DNA from: Eledone cirrhosa
Lineage: Eukaryota
DNA: 64,000 bases
NCBI GenBank assembly: GCA_964016885.1
Contig: OZ024742.1
Coordinates: 86,800,001-86,864,000 of the forward strand
Reading direction: 5' to 3'
Both the position numbers and the translations under genes were made by a program. The notes beneath the pieces are model-generated. The model saw nothing but the letters and a program-made list of their open reading frames with translations. It did not search any database and was not told the origin of the DNA. Below, in pieces: positions 1 through 15,099 of the stretch. The stretch's first letter is position 1. Each line of letters begins with the position of its first letter.

Positions 1-99
1 TTTGGTGCTGCTGCTGATTTCGGTGGTTTTCTCAGACATTCCCTCTCGAGTACAGGTAGCAGCTCCCGCTATATTTGCCAATGACTAGAATAGAGCACA

Positions 100-480
100 G
101 GCAATTACAAATAAGACTGATGCTACCTTATTACAATGATATTTGTAGGCTAAACCCGAATGCGCCGAGAACAATATATGAAGTGTAACGACAGAACATT
201 TGAATCCATCCACCAGCTAATCCAATGTCACCGTAATAAAAGTTATGTGGGACAAGTAGTAATCGAAATTCCCGAGTCTAAACAAATGCGTGATTGGGAA
301 TTGTTATGAGCAACGATGCATCGTAGCATGCATACATCACGAAGATAGAGGTGATGTGCCCACGAGTTTTGGGATATTCTGTGAAATCTTTAAGGATAAT
401 TTACCGAGAAACCATGTGGTACGCTGAAGGATATCTGACTTCAGCCGAGTGCATTATTACTCCTAGTTGTAGTCACCCAC
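100..480 (+). mobile_element. Possible decayed Penelope-like GIY-YIG remnant
   Basis: LMLPYY, IQCHRNKSYVGQ and HAYIT..RVLG..RIIYRE resemble Penelope endonuclease motifs. Confidence 0.38.
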
Positions 481-630
481 ATTACAAATTTAAGGGCAGC
501 ACTTGAAACACCCAATGAAGCTACGGCAATATAATATTCTCAGTAAAAAAATATATATTGCTGCAAGAGGGAGAATGTAAAAACATTCTACTTCTTGGAG
601 CGGATATATATATATATATATATATATATA

Positions 631-682
631 AGATCAAAAGATGGTTAAAAGAGTTCCATGTATTTTAACCATCTTTTGATCT
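631..682. repeat. Short hairpin (20-bp perfect arms) next to (TA)n
   Basis: AGATCAAAAGATGGTTAAAA / TTTTAACCATCTTTTGATCT. Confidence 0.85.
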
Positions 683-1199
683 CATATATTATTTATACTC
701 CAGTCCTACAAACTGTACAGTGCTACTTATCCGATATCTGCATTGCTTTATTGTACTACAATAAAACTCACCTCCTACTTTATATATATATATATACATA
801 CATATGGTAGATATGGGAAAAGCTAGCATCAAACTTTGATATTTCAAGCTGGACTCGTTGCAAGCAGAGAGCCAGAGCCTAAGGCCAAATGCCCCATCAA
901 TCTCATTTAGAATAAGGCAAGATACTAAAAATAAATTTGGGTTTCAATTTATTCCAGCTTTTAAAAATGCTGTCAATAACAATGAGAGGTCTCTGTCTGA
1001 ATATACATGTGAAGGAGAATCTCGATATTCTGCTATATATGATTGCATAGGAAGAAATTGCAAGAAAGATATGTGCAGCAATGATGTATCCGCACATGCT
1101 GAAATTGCCAAACAAAGAAGAACGGTTATAGAAAATGTTGCATCAGAAAGGGTTACCAAGCATTGAATAAGCCAGTCGACTGGGAGAGGTAACAGCGTA

Positions 1200-1750
1200 A
1201 TGTGCTATATAATGATATATTTTAATGATATTTATAAACAAAAAACGTGAACGTGAAACTGGTTGAGTATTACACCAAACCTTATGAACTGATATCACGG
1301 GAGGATTCTGCTTGGCATAGTATGTAAAACACCCCAGCCTTTGAATTACATGTACGGTCAATCCGAGAAGCTTCCAATATGATATGATATGGCTTTATAA
1401 TTATATTTACAATGCTTGAATCGAACCAAAGACATTCTAAATGCGTGCGTATGTAAATTCCTATAGAACCTAGACAAAGATCATTCAAAGAGTTTGATTT
1501 ACAATAATATTTCTTGATATGACATGAAAGGGACATGGCATTAGAATCTGCGGAATACCACCTCAATAGAACGGTAAAATGTACTTTGACATGTGCTACT
1601 TATAACCATGAGGAACTCGTGGGATCCCACATCGAACTAGTAACAGTTTTGGTGCCGAGGAAACGCACAAACGGTAACAGAGGAGAAACTATGTTAGCAA
1701 ACGTATGAAATGCGATTCTCTCGTAGCATAACACAATGGTCCCAAACGAA
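1200..1750 (-). mobile_element. Possible decayed tyrosine-recombinase (DIRS/Ngaro-like) remnant
   Basis: Fragments RSIEVVFRRF..VPFMSYQEILL, IILEASR..VHVIQR and QPVSRSRF occur in the expected order. The catalytic HSxR motif was not found. Confidence 0.28.
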
Positions 1751-2107
1751 CAAATATAATTCATTCACACACACACACACACGCACACACACAGATATAT
1801 ATATATATATATACATATACATGCATATATATAAATGTGATTTACAATAAGATTTCTTGATTTGACATGAAAGGGACATGGCTTTAGAATCTGCGGAATA
1901 CTACCTCAGAAGTACGGTAAAAGGTACTTTGACATGTGCTACCTATAATCATGAGAAACTCGGGGGATCCCACATTGAAATAGTGCTAGGTTTGGTTCGG
2001 AGGAAACGTTAGACACGGAGAACGCACAAACGGCAACAGAGGAGAAACTAAGTTTGCAAACGTGCGAAATACGGTTCTCTCGTAGCATAACACAATGGTC
2101 CCAAACA
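1495..2107. repeat. Diverged direct duplication (1495-1747 and 1838-2107) separated by a (CA)n(TA)n spacer
   Basis: TGATTTACAATAA...ACAATGGTCCCAAAC is present twice, with a small indel. Confidence 0.9.
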
Positions 2108-2187
2108 AAAAGACTTACACACACTCACACACACACGCACACACATGCGCGCGCACACCCACACCCACACACGCACACACACACACA

Positions 2188-2263
<76 letters not shown>

Positions 2264-2355
2264 GAGTCAGTAACCCGACGGCTGAGCTTCGGCCGTTTCG
2301 ACAGCTTGATCCGAACTGCGTTATGGTCCACCTGGTACCTTACCGTACCTTCTTT

Positions 2356-2396
<41 letters not shown>

Positions 2397-2753
2397 GCAC
2401 CAGATGAGTTGCACTTCAATTTATTATTAATAATTTTCCAAACAGTTTGTTTAATAACAGATGGATGATTAGTTGTTGATTGTCAAATCTCTTTCCTCAC
2501 ACATGCTGTGCCCTCCACGGTGGCCTCTTCTCTTAATTTCGTCCGCATCTTTTTTCTTCAATTTTACAACATCTATGGATAAAAATAATATATAAAACTG
2601 TATAAGATGTATTATAATCTAAATATGAAATCATTGAAATAATCGAATGTAAATTCTCACTTTTATGGTCATGAATTCTGATGTAACAAATTTATATATA
2701 TATGTATGCGATCTTCCTATATCTCTCTCTCACTCCCAATCCATCTCTCTCTC

Positions 2754-2821
<68 letters not shown>

Positions 2822-3091
2822 TCTCTCTCTCGACCGCTCACTATTTCTCTCTCTCTATTTATCTATCTATCTATACATATGTGTGTGTGTGTAACATTAT
2901 ATTTATAAATGTTGATACACAGGACAAAAACTGGTAACTATGATTTCAAAACGTAATTATGAACATGTCCCCAGATTGCGCATGATAGGGGAAACTGGAG
3001 GAACGATCGAGTTGTCCAGCCCTCAGAGTTGGTCAATTAAATATATATATATATATATATATAGAAAGATATACGTACATGAATATATGCC

Positions 3092-3129
<38 letters not shown>

Positions 3130-3175
3130 CACACAGACAATGAAACAATACACACACACACATTTATTTATATAC

Positions 3176-3207
<32 letters not shown>

Positions 3208-4387
3208 CAGACACACAACCACACATACCCAGACATAGACACAACATATATATATATATAAATATATATGTGTGTGTATGAATGCATATATGTGTGTGTA
3301 TGAATGTATATATGTGTGTGTATGAATGTATGTATGCATGTGTATATATATGTAGGTGTTGATTATATGAGTTTTTTTTTTCTATAGTCCGAAACAAATT
3401 CCTTTCATTCGCCCTACAGGAGAACTATGATGTTTCAACATCATACACTACGTCAACATCTTCTTTATCACTAGCATTGCTTTAGCACATGCATTACCAT
3501 CATTTACAGCTGCTGCTGCTTCTGCTGCCGTTGCCACTGCAGCTACTGGTGGAGTGATAGAGTTGGTAGTATCACTAGTATCAGTGGCTGCAGCAGTATT
3601 AGCAGCTGCATCAAGATCCGATGGAGTAGCAGAATGTAATAACTGTGGTATCACTTTTTGTGGTGGTAATAGAAGTGTTAGTATTAGTTGTAGTGTTAAA
3701 TATTAGTTCCATTATTAGTAGTAGGAGAAGTATTACCACTAACTCCACCAACAGCAATAGAACCAGCGGTGGCGGATGCCGTGTCAGTTCCAACATCATC
3801 TCCACCACCTCCTTCAACTGTACCATTTTCAAACAAACAACATATCACCGAACCGATCATCAGCAGCATCTTCATTATCATCATCATTACTACACCCCCC
3901 ATCATCCTCATCATCACCATTATCTTTACAATTATCATCATCAATAACATCGTTACCATAACCCTCACCACTACGCAAAACAAGACCAACAGTTTCACCA
4001 ATATATCGGTATCACCAATACCAATAATCGCTCCCAAAACATTCCAAACTAGAACCACGAGACTATTCTATACACATACACGTAAAGCCACGATACATAT
4101 AATATGAAGACAAACACTAACATGAAATACCTATAACAATAACACCAAACACCACACTAATTATGACAGCATAACTCAATTTCCTTCAATACCGTTAATT
4201 AAATAAGAAATTTCCCCAAGTGATGAAACCGACCAAACATAATCATGAGCAATCTTCCGAAGATGAAAAGTTGGTATTTGTGTTCAAATATTCTCGCAAC
4301 CTGACAGACAACTTGTTGAGACATACAGCGACAACATTCTGCTCTTAACTATCACATCTCTCTCTCTCTCTCTCTCTCGCGCTATAT

Positions 4388-4475
<88 letters not shown>

Positions 4476-4517
4476 GATTTGTAAACCTGTGTCTGTATGT
4501 GTGTGCGTGCACTTCTG

Positions 4518-4562
<45 letters not shown>

Positions 4563-6455
4563 GAGTATATACGTTTGAATGTACATATAAATTAGTATAT
4601 ATTTTTTTCCTTTGCTTCTATATAAACCGCTGGGATATTTTTGTTCTTTTTTCAAAACGTATACATGTCCGACGTTATGTATCCATCCGAAATCTGACTC
4701 AAATTTTCTTTATCTATATATCAAGCAATCGATTCACATTCATATCTCTCTCCCGTTCTATCAATATATAACTAGATCAGCTAACAGTCACGCTTTTTCA
4801 TATATCTATCAAACTATCTATCTTTCTAACTGTCTTATCAATCTATCTATCCATCTATCAATCAATCACAATATCTGTCTATTGAATCATTTGGCTGTAT
4901 GTCTATCTATGTGTCTGTCTAATGTCGTTTCTTCATATAAGAGTCGTATTCGGCACATTCTAGTCTGCTATACATAACAATCAATCTCTCTTCCTATCAG
5001 TATGCCCATCTTTCTAATTCTCTACTCACAACATATCTTCTATTGATTTTCATTCTCTCTGTCGATATATCTTTACAAATGTCTTAGACTTTAGTCTAGC
5101 TTTTATACCCAGCATTAACTCTACTATTTTCGACTTAATTCAAGTTGTTTACGTTTTCATCTAATCACCGTTCTAACTGTCACTGCCTACTTATATCTAT
5201 CTAGTTACTAAAATAACTATTTCAATCCCTCTCCATTTAACACACTGACTCTTTCCTTCGTCACATTTCCTCTCTCTCTCCTCCCTCTCCTCCCCACACT
5301 CTCTCTCCCTCTCTCTCTCTCTCTAAATATATACATATATATATATGTATATATATCATAGTGCTATCTAGTTATAATATCGTTCTGTCCACTTCACTCT
5401 CTGCTTCAAATTCGCGTGTATACGCGGCGCTAATGTAGGTAGTCTTCCTTCGCCTTCTCTCCATCTATATCCATAGGTTTATTTATCCGTTTTTCTGCAA
5501 TCCATCATTAGTCTGATAGTTTTCCCCGAAAAAATAAGAAACAAAAAACATCGCATGTCCTTTAGCCCTATGTACAGACTATTACTGTGTAAATAAACCA
5601 TACTTGTCTCGGTCTATTTTCCATAGACATAGAAAATGGACTGATACATTTTACACGCTGTCCATTCATTGGTGGCACGAGTTGTCGCTGTTGTTGGTAC
5701 TATAAACTCGCAATATTGGTACTAGTTAACTTATTCATTGGCTCATTGGCTGCTCCTGATTTTTTCTTTATTAACCTTCTTTCTTTATTTCGTCCTTCAT
5801 TCAATTCTTCCTTTCATTCATTCTTTCATTTCTTTATTTTTATTTAGTGTTGTTATTATTTCACATCCTTTTTGCTTGGGGTGTCGACAGCGACGCTATA
5901 TATGTTTGCTAGTTCTAGTTATGGTACTTGTCGGCGTCGGGGATAGTAGCTTCCTTAGTTGCAAATAACAGTGGTTGCAGACGAAGAGGTGCTGGCGGTG
6001 GAGATTTAATTGCTGGAGACGGTATATGTAGGGAACGACAGTGGTGAGGCGATGTGGCTTGTGTTTGTGGCTGTGTGAGTGTGTGTGTTGGGATGCTGTG
6101 AGTTTGCTCGTGTGAGTCTGTGTGCTTGTACTGGTGTGGGTGTGGGAGTGTTCGGTGGGGGGATCTCTTGGTTACTGGTCGTTGTTATCATCTTTACTGT
6201 TTGCGTCGGTGCTGGGTGTGTCATCGGTGTTGGCGGCGGTGCCGTTGGCGGAAAACGGAGCTATAATATTATCGGTACTCGTACTAGTTGCAACGGAGGA
6301 TGTTCTGATGGTGGTGGAGAAGGTGGTGTTGGTGGCGGTGAAAGCAAAGGTTTTTACACAGGGCAAAGTGACATACAAGTTAAAGGCAGCAGCTAAAACA
6401 CGGATACCTTCATACGTATGTTCCCCTGCCTGCTTTGCTAACTCAACGTCACATC

Positions 6456-6522
6456 ATGACGTCCAAATTAACGTTGGCCCTTTTGTTCTACATCACTATA
6501 AGGAATATACAACTCACACTGG
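6456..6522 (+). CDS. Candidate first coding exon encoding a signal peptide (MTSKLTLALLFYITIRNIQLTL)
   Basis: ATG with A at -3, basic-then-hydrophobic N-terminus, and a strong phase-1 donor G|GTAAGC, in unique non-repetitive sequence. Confidence 0.45.
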
Positions 6523-6632
6523 GTAAGCACATTTTCCACCTATCTATCTCCCAGCATGTCTCATAACCAGTCTCTCTACTTATCATTCTCTCTTTCAACA
6601 GTTTTCTATATTATTTTGCCTCTCTTTCAGGT

Positions 6633-6681
<49 letters not shown>

Positions 6682-6890
6682 TAATGATGTTTACAGTCTA
6701 CAAATGTTTTGAGTACCTTACTAATAGTTGTTGCTCCTGATTTAGCCCGGGACTCATATATATATATATACATGCATACATACATTCATACATACACGCA
6801 CAGACACATACACACACACACATGTATATATATATATATATGTATGAATATGTGTGTGTGTGTGTGCATATAGTTATGTGTATGTATATA

Positions 6891-6974
<84 letters not shown>

Positions 6975-7017
6975 ATATACACATAAAGACACCCGCACCC
7001 ATCCACACATACCCATG

Positions 7018-7049
<32 letters not shown>

Positions 7050-7301
7050 AGTGATCGTGCGTGTGTGTGCGTGTGTGTGGCTGCGTGTGAATGTCCGTGT
7101 GGATTTCTTTATTAAATACATACATATTCTTCCATCACTAAATAACCACATACGTTAATCCAGACAATGATATGATCCGGACCTGTAATATCAATCATTA
7201 TGTAGTGACAATTCCTTCACATCTTTAGAAACAAATATCCCAGAGTGAGAATAAGAACTTTTCTGAAATACTCACACATCTATAAACACACGCGTACACA
7301 C

Positions 7302-7413
<112 letters not shown>

Positions 7414-7439
7414 ATATAGACATATATATATATATATAA

Positions 7440-7492
<53 letters not shown>

Positions 7493-7515
7493 GTATTATA
7501 TATATATGTATATAT

Positions 7516-7560
<45 letters not shown>

Positions 7561-7575
7561 TATATATATATATAT

Positions 7576-7624
<49 letters not shown>

Positions 7625-7647
7625 TATATATATATATATTTATATAT

Positions 7648-7685
<38 letters not shown>

Positions 7686-7693
7686 ATTCACAC

Positions 7694-7724
<31 letters not shown>

Positions 7725-7731
7725 CACACAC

Positions 7732-7817
<86 letters not shown>

Positions 7818-8615
7818 ATATGTATATATATATATGTATATATAACTATTTAGGCACAGAAACATACACACACACATATATATAAATATATATAAATATG
7901 TATGTGCGTGTGTTTTGTTTGTGTGTGTGTGTCTCTGTTGTGTGTGCGTGGATATTTTTTATATAGATATATATATTCCTGAACATGGAATCTATGTGTG
8001 CATACGTGTAAGTGCTTATCTATATTTTATGATTGTAAATATACATGATTGAATATGTACGTGTTTATGTTATGATTCCATATTCGTGTCTGCGTGTGTT
8101 CATCTAAATATGTATGCACAAAGAAATCCCTCACATTCAAAACCTATACATCTATATTCTAAATATGCAACTGTTGTTTCGATACTTTGTTGAACATGAT
8201 AATATTGACGGTAAATATTCTAAGACGATGTTTATGACAATGTTGATGTTAAAGCTTGCATTGCTGGTAGTCTCAAATTATATATCTATCATTTTATATA
8301 TATATATTCTTTCCCTCTCTATATCCTTCTCTCTCTTTCTCTATCTCTCTCTTTCTGTCTCTTTCGCTATATCTTTCTCTATCTCTCCCTCTCTATGTAC
8401 ACACACACACATTATATATATATATACATAATGTGTGTGTGTGTACATAGAGAGGACGCCTTTTTGTGTAAACTCCCCCCTTTGTACTTGTCCCACTTTT
8501 GATGCCCTAGTGGCAAATAAAAGAAATATATATATATATATACATATATATGTTTATATATATATATATATACAATATGTGTGTATATAGATATACATAT
8601 GTATATATATATATG

Positions 8616-8656
<41 letters not shown>

Positions 8657-8681
8657 GTGTGTGTCTCTCTCTCTCTCTCTG

Positions 8682-8929
<248 letters not shown>

Positions 8930-9500
8930 AATATATACATATGTAGGCATATAACTAACCGTGCAATCATATAATTAAGAAAATGTTATTATAATTAATA
9001 TTATTACCATCATTGTTGGTTGTTCTTATCCTTATAATCCCCATTGCTGTTGTTGTTTTTGTAGTATTTTATTTCCACTTTCAATTATTAACATTTGTCT
9101 AATTGTTTCCACGCATGACATGTGTGGTGGTTGCGGGTGGTGGTAGTCCTGGTCGTAGTAGCTCTGGTTGTAATATTTGTTGTGGTTGCTGAAAGATTTT
9201 GCTGCCCCTCCTCACTCGCTCTTTTTGTTGTTTTAAATGCTGTTCATTTTTTGTTGTTGTTGCTGTTTCCGTTATTGATTTTTTCCTTCTTATGTTATCA
9301 GTCTTTCCATTCAATTTCAATCTTCATATTTTCCTATACTTTCCCTTCTTTTCACATTTTCCTTCTAATAATATTCCTCTGGCTGACCCTGCACATCTAT
9401 TTCTCTCTATTCTCTCCGTCTTTCCTTCTCTCCTTCTCTCCATTCCTCTCTCACTCAGTGATCCTGTCGCTTTCTCACTATATTTACACACACACACATT

Positions 9501-9547
<47 letters not shown>

Positions 9548-9562
9548 GTATGTGTGTGTGTA

Positions 9563-9699
<137 letters not shown>

Positions 9700-9702
9700 G
9701 TA

Positions 9703-9788
<86 letters not shown>

Positions 9789-9789
9789 C

Positions 9790-9869
<80 letters not shown>

Positions 9870-9876
9870 ATGTATA

Positions 9877-9946
<70 letters not shown>

Positions 9947-10806
9947 CATAAATATATATAAATATATATATTTGCCTCACATTCTGTATCTTTTGTTTTC
10001 ATTCATTGTTTATATTTTTATTCTAAAGGTACTTCACTCACATCACTATATATATTTATCTGATTATTTAAAGTGTTGTCAATCTTTCACTCTACTCATA
10101 TTACGTATGGATCTCTCACTTCCTCCATATAGAATGCAGAGTTTATTTCTTCCTTTCTTCATTACTGTTTCTCTCCATTTATCTATCGCTCTACCATAAC
10201 TGACTATCTGGTCATATTCAAAGCACAGTTCAATCTCTGAATTTCTTTCAAATATTTCTAAAATTCATTATTTCTTAGCTTCGTCTGTTTTCTTTCTATC
10301 TTCCGTTCAACGATCATTTCTTCATTTCATTCATTCTACTATCGTTTCTTCCACACTTTCTTTCTTCCATGTGTTATTCTTTCATTTCCTGCAACAAGTC
10401 ATTCATCCCAAAGTATACTCATTATTTCATTTTTTTCTTTTTTTCGTATCTCGCTAACCTCCGTTCATCTATGGTCAACCAATTGCCTCTACGTTTCTAT
10501 CTATAATGTGCTACTACCACACCGACATACACGCATATACATACATGTGTCTTCTCGAACAAACACGTACACTCTCTGTTACTCATTTTCTTTTACTTTC
10601 TCTCACTCTTTCATCACTTATTTTCTCACCCTTTCTTCCATCAATCGTAATACACACACGCACATTAACGACTATTTCCAAATGCCATCATTGCGAAGAT
10701 GAAGATATTTTGTCTCACTGCCAATCTATCAAATTCAATTATGTTATTCTTCCTTAAGATATTAGATCATAACTTAGATTTCATTCTTACAATTTGTCCA
10801 CAAGAC

Positions 10807-10893
<87 letters not shown>

Positions 10894-10986
10894 CATATAC
10901 ATATATATATATATATTCAGTTAAGTACTCAGGGTAGTCTCTTACAATTAAATAGCACTAAGAAAAAAGCTTTTCCGAGCCGTACA

Positions 10987-11133
10987 ATATAATTGAATAA
11001 ACAAGAAAGATGAACACTAATATAAACATACATGTGTTCGAATCGTAAGGACCAAATTTGGTAGTAAATTTTGTCCTTACGATTCGAACACATGTATGTT
11101 TATATTAGTGTTCATCTTTCTTGTTTAATCAAT

Positions 11134-11138
<5 letters not shown>
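10987..11138. repeat. Near-perfect hairpin (~73-bp arms) within a dispersed repeat at 10915-11138
   Basis: Arms are reverse complements around a ~6-nt loop. Same family as 36760-37370. Confidence 0.92.
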
Positions 11139-11180
<42 letters not shown>

Positions 11181-11778
11181 GGGTGGCGGGGGTTATGTGT
11201 ATGTGTGTGTCTCAAGAAAGAGAGGGGGAGATAGAGAATATAACTAGAAAAATAGATATAAATATGAGAGAACAACCCAAACAGCTACGCTAATAATATG
11301 TTTCATTGACATAGTCCTTGGACGAACCGAGCCCGTGCTAGAACACACATGTTCAACGTACAGAAGAAGTATATTGTCAGAGAGTGACATTTTCACCCAG
11401 AGAATTGTGACTTTATCATTGAATATGTCATCCAGAGGAAGATGCTCAAAGGTTTCATGTTACGATATAAATATGAATAATTATTTTTGTATAAGAACTT
11501 AGTTATCGTGCCAAAAAGAATATTATAATCTAAGTGCAACGATGGAAGGGTCGCTCTAGAAACTCTGTCGAATTGCATCTACGATTAATTCATCTTCGAA
11601 TAACGTCCATCGTCAGATATCAACCATGTGGATGTGTTTTTAGTCCGGCTGCTTCCCAATAGCCTTGTGTTGAAGCCTCTGTTTGACTAATGCCTTGTCA
11701 GAATTTAGTGGGCGGAGATATACAGAACCCCTACACACACAATAGCAAACACACGCACACATATAAACACACACACTT

Positions 11779-11817
<39 letters not shown>

Positions 11818-12306
11818 CATAAGTGTGTCTGTGTATGTGGGGACGTGATTTTAATGTCAGTAACTGGACGGAGAGCTTGCGTGTATGGACACCCAGACTC
11901 TCAAATATATAGACATATATTCACAGATTCTTCTTATGCATTTACAGTTTATTGATCACTGCGATCTATTTAGAACTTTTAAAAATATGCCGGTAACTTT
12001 CGGCATTTTGAAGAAGGAATTTACATGGCTAACACTAAGTAAATTTGAACCAGGCTCCATTTATGTAAATGTTTTCAAGAGAGATTACAAAGTTATCGTG
12101 TATCATGAAAGACAGAGAGTGGGAGTGTGTATTTGTGTAACCCATGGTTAATACATATATGTATGCAAAAACAAACATGCATAAAACTGCACGCATTCAC
12201 ACTCAAATACAAACATATACTCACGGCTTTAAATATGAGATGATGGAAAATTAGTTACATCAAACCTTAGTAAAGAGTGACCAATACGCTATATCTATTT
12301 ATATCA

Positions 12307-12417
<111 letters not shown>

Positions 12418-12488
12418 CATACATGTCTATATATTGTCCATATATGTGTGAATATGTATACCTATATATATGAAAATCTATGCTTACT

Positions 12489-12524
<36 letters not shown>

Positions 12525-12635
12525 CGTATATATTTATTTATATACATATATATACATATATAAACACACAAACACGCACACTTACATGCAAATGCATGTA
12601 TACATACCGCCTATGGACGCAACCAAGCAACCTTA

Positions 12636-12694
<59 letters not shown>

Positions 12695-12704
12695 GGTGCG
12701 TGTG

Positions 12705-12767
<63 letters not shown>

Positions 12768-13099
12768 ATATGTGTGCGTACTTCATATTAGGCAGCGGTT
12801 AGGTTTGTGGAGAAAATAAGGCATTCGTTTATATATAGAGACACAATAAAAAAAATATATGAATGAAATACTAAGTTCTAAAAAATGAGACTTGGTACTA
12901 AAGACAATTTACATAATACAATCCAAAACAATTATGTGATAATGAGTCAGCGGCTAGGCTCTAAAATGTATCATCCTCTCTATAGACTGAGATGCTCACA
13001 ATTTTTGTCTCTATGCAAAATGTAATATATATTCATGTTCAATGTACGTATATGTCTGCTTTGTCTCCGTATCATCATATCTGACAATATATTTGGGCA

Positions 13100-13132
<33 letters not shown>

Positions 13133-13959
13133 GTGTGTGTGTGTGTGCACGTGTGTGCGTATGTATGTGCGTCCTTGCGTGTGAGTGTGTGTGTGCAAGT
13201 GTGCGTGTGTGTACGTGGGTGCGTGTGTGTGTTTGTGGGGTTGTTTTTGTTTGTATGTGACGGTGGTGACCGATAATTATTCAAAAGGCCTGTATAAACA
13301 GGTAGAAATATATAAAGAGCAAGGCATGTAAAATAAGACAAACGAAAGACCCAGTATGGTTCAACATGCTTCAGGCTTAATACATTTTTTTAAAATTGTG
13401 AAACGAGAACGATTCTCAATAAAAACGAACGATCGACCGTCCATCAGCTCACCCTCTAGGGAGCTGCTAATTGTACCTAAGTAAAGTTGTCAGTATATAC
13501 ATAAAATCTCAATGTAAATAGATCGTTAAAATAATCTCATTTACAACTGATAAAAGGTCTATAATGACTGCTTATTCTAGTGGCAGTTTGGACTCGCCAG
13601 ATTTGTCCATTTATACGAATTTATCTTCTTCATAGATCTACGCATGCGTGCAGGATTAATTTTATACGCCACACGGTTTCAATGAAGAATAAACACAATT
13701 CTATTAATAGTTATATCTATATATTTTTAATATTATTTCCTTATCCATTACAGAACAAATCTTCCGAAGAGAATTCCATGTTGTTAACGAAGGCTATATC
13801 CATCTATTAAAAGCATATATGTTATTATTTGGATTTTGAATCTGCAGTGATACATTTTTTGTATCCAAGGGAAAAATACATTTACATTATTCAAGCCCTC
13901 GATGATTTTCTATAGTATATGCTATGTATATAAATATATATATATATATATTTAAATAT

Positions 13960-14034
13960 AAGTATGTATGTATGTATACGTACATACATACATGTATACA
14001 GACGTACAGTAGTATGTATATATATACATACATG

Positions 14035-14127
<93 letters not shown>

Positions 14128-14832
14128 GTATCGGTTTACCGAACATTTATTATAATGCTCGGTTTGTTTGTTTGTAAACAAACAAACAGCCCGGATTACG
14201 CCGTACAGTGTTTAGGCAATCACGTCACCCTTTTGTTCGACACTGACACAGGAATGTATGTATATATATATATACATACTACTGTACGTCTGTATACATA
14301 TATGTATGTACGTATACATACTTAAATACTTACATTTAAGTAAGTGCCGTACTAAGAGTGAGAAATGGAATTTCGTTTCATTATATTCCATTTATCGTTT
14401 TCGGTGTGCCCGGCCGACTGAACTCACTCGATATGCAAATTAGGTTGCTCAGCCGTTAATATGCATAAGGAAAGTATATACTTTCAGACATTCAACATTC
14501 TGGCAGGAAGGTATATGATGCTGACGATAGCTAATAGGCTTGAAATTAGTACATCGTTCCTGTGTCAGTGTTGAACAAAAAGGTGACGTGGTTGCCTAAA
14601 CACTGTACGGCGTAATTCGGGTTGTTTGTTTGTTTACAGACGAACAAATCGAGCATTATAATAAATATTCTGTAAACCGATATGTGCATATATATATGTG
14701 TGCATGTCTGTTTATACATACTACTGTACGTCTGTATACATATACGTGTGTACGTATACATACATACTTACATATAAGTAAGTGCCCATCTAAGAGTGAG
14801 AAATGAAATTTCGTTTCATTCTATTCCATTTA
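13960..14832. repeat. Composite inverted plus direct repeat
   Basis: 14123-14253 is inverted versus 14556-14688; 14271-14395 is direct versus 14713-14832; 13960-14020 is inverted versus both direct copies. Confidence 0.88.
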
Positions 14833-14853
14833 TATATATATATATTTATATTA

Positions 14854-14886
<33 letters not shown>

Positions 14887-15099
14887 TATACTTGTATCCG
14901 TGTATATGTATAAGCGCGAAGATGTATGCGTGATTCTATCTTACTTATGGATACTTTTTTCTGTTCATCAAATGCGTGTGAAATTCTGTGTCAATATGTT
15001 TGGGAATGTGTTCCTTTGATATCAATCTAGTAATATCTCATCGCATTTGTTCCATTAATTCATAGCTGCAGACGATATGTAATATAGAATACGTAAAAC

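Noticed and set aside
858-1166. 102-aa ORF
   Set aside because: TTG start, no recognisable domain and no splice context.
3448-4160. Overlapping Ala/Thr/His/Ile-rich ORFs
   Set aside because: Degenerate trinucleotide repeats open on both strands; no domain or splice support.
5900-6400. Gly/Val-rich ORFs
   Set aside because: GGT/GT low-complexity sequence; at most the 5' UTR of the 6456 exon.
11393-11620. FDRVSR..L RT-like motif
   Set aside because: Possibly a LINE scrap, but too short and degenerate to call.
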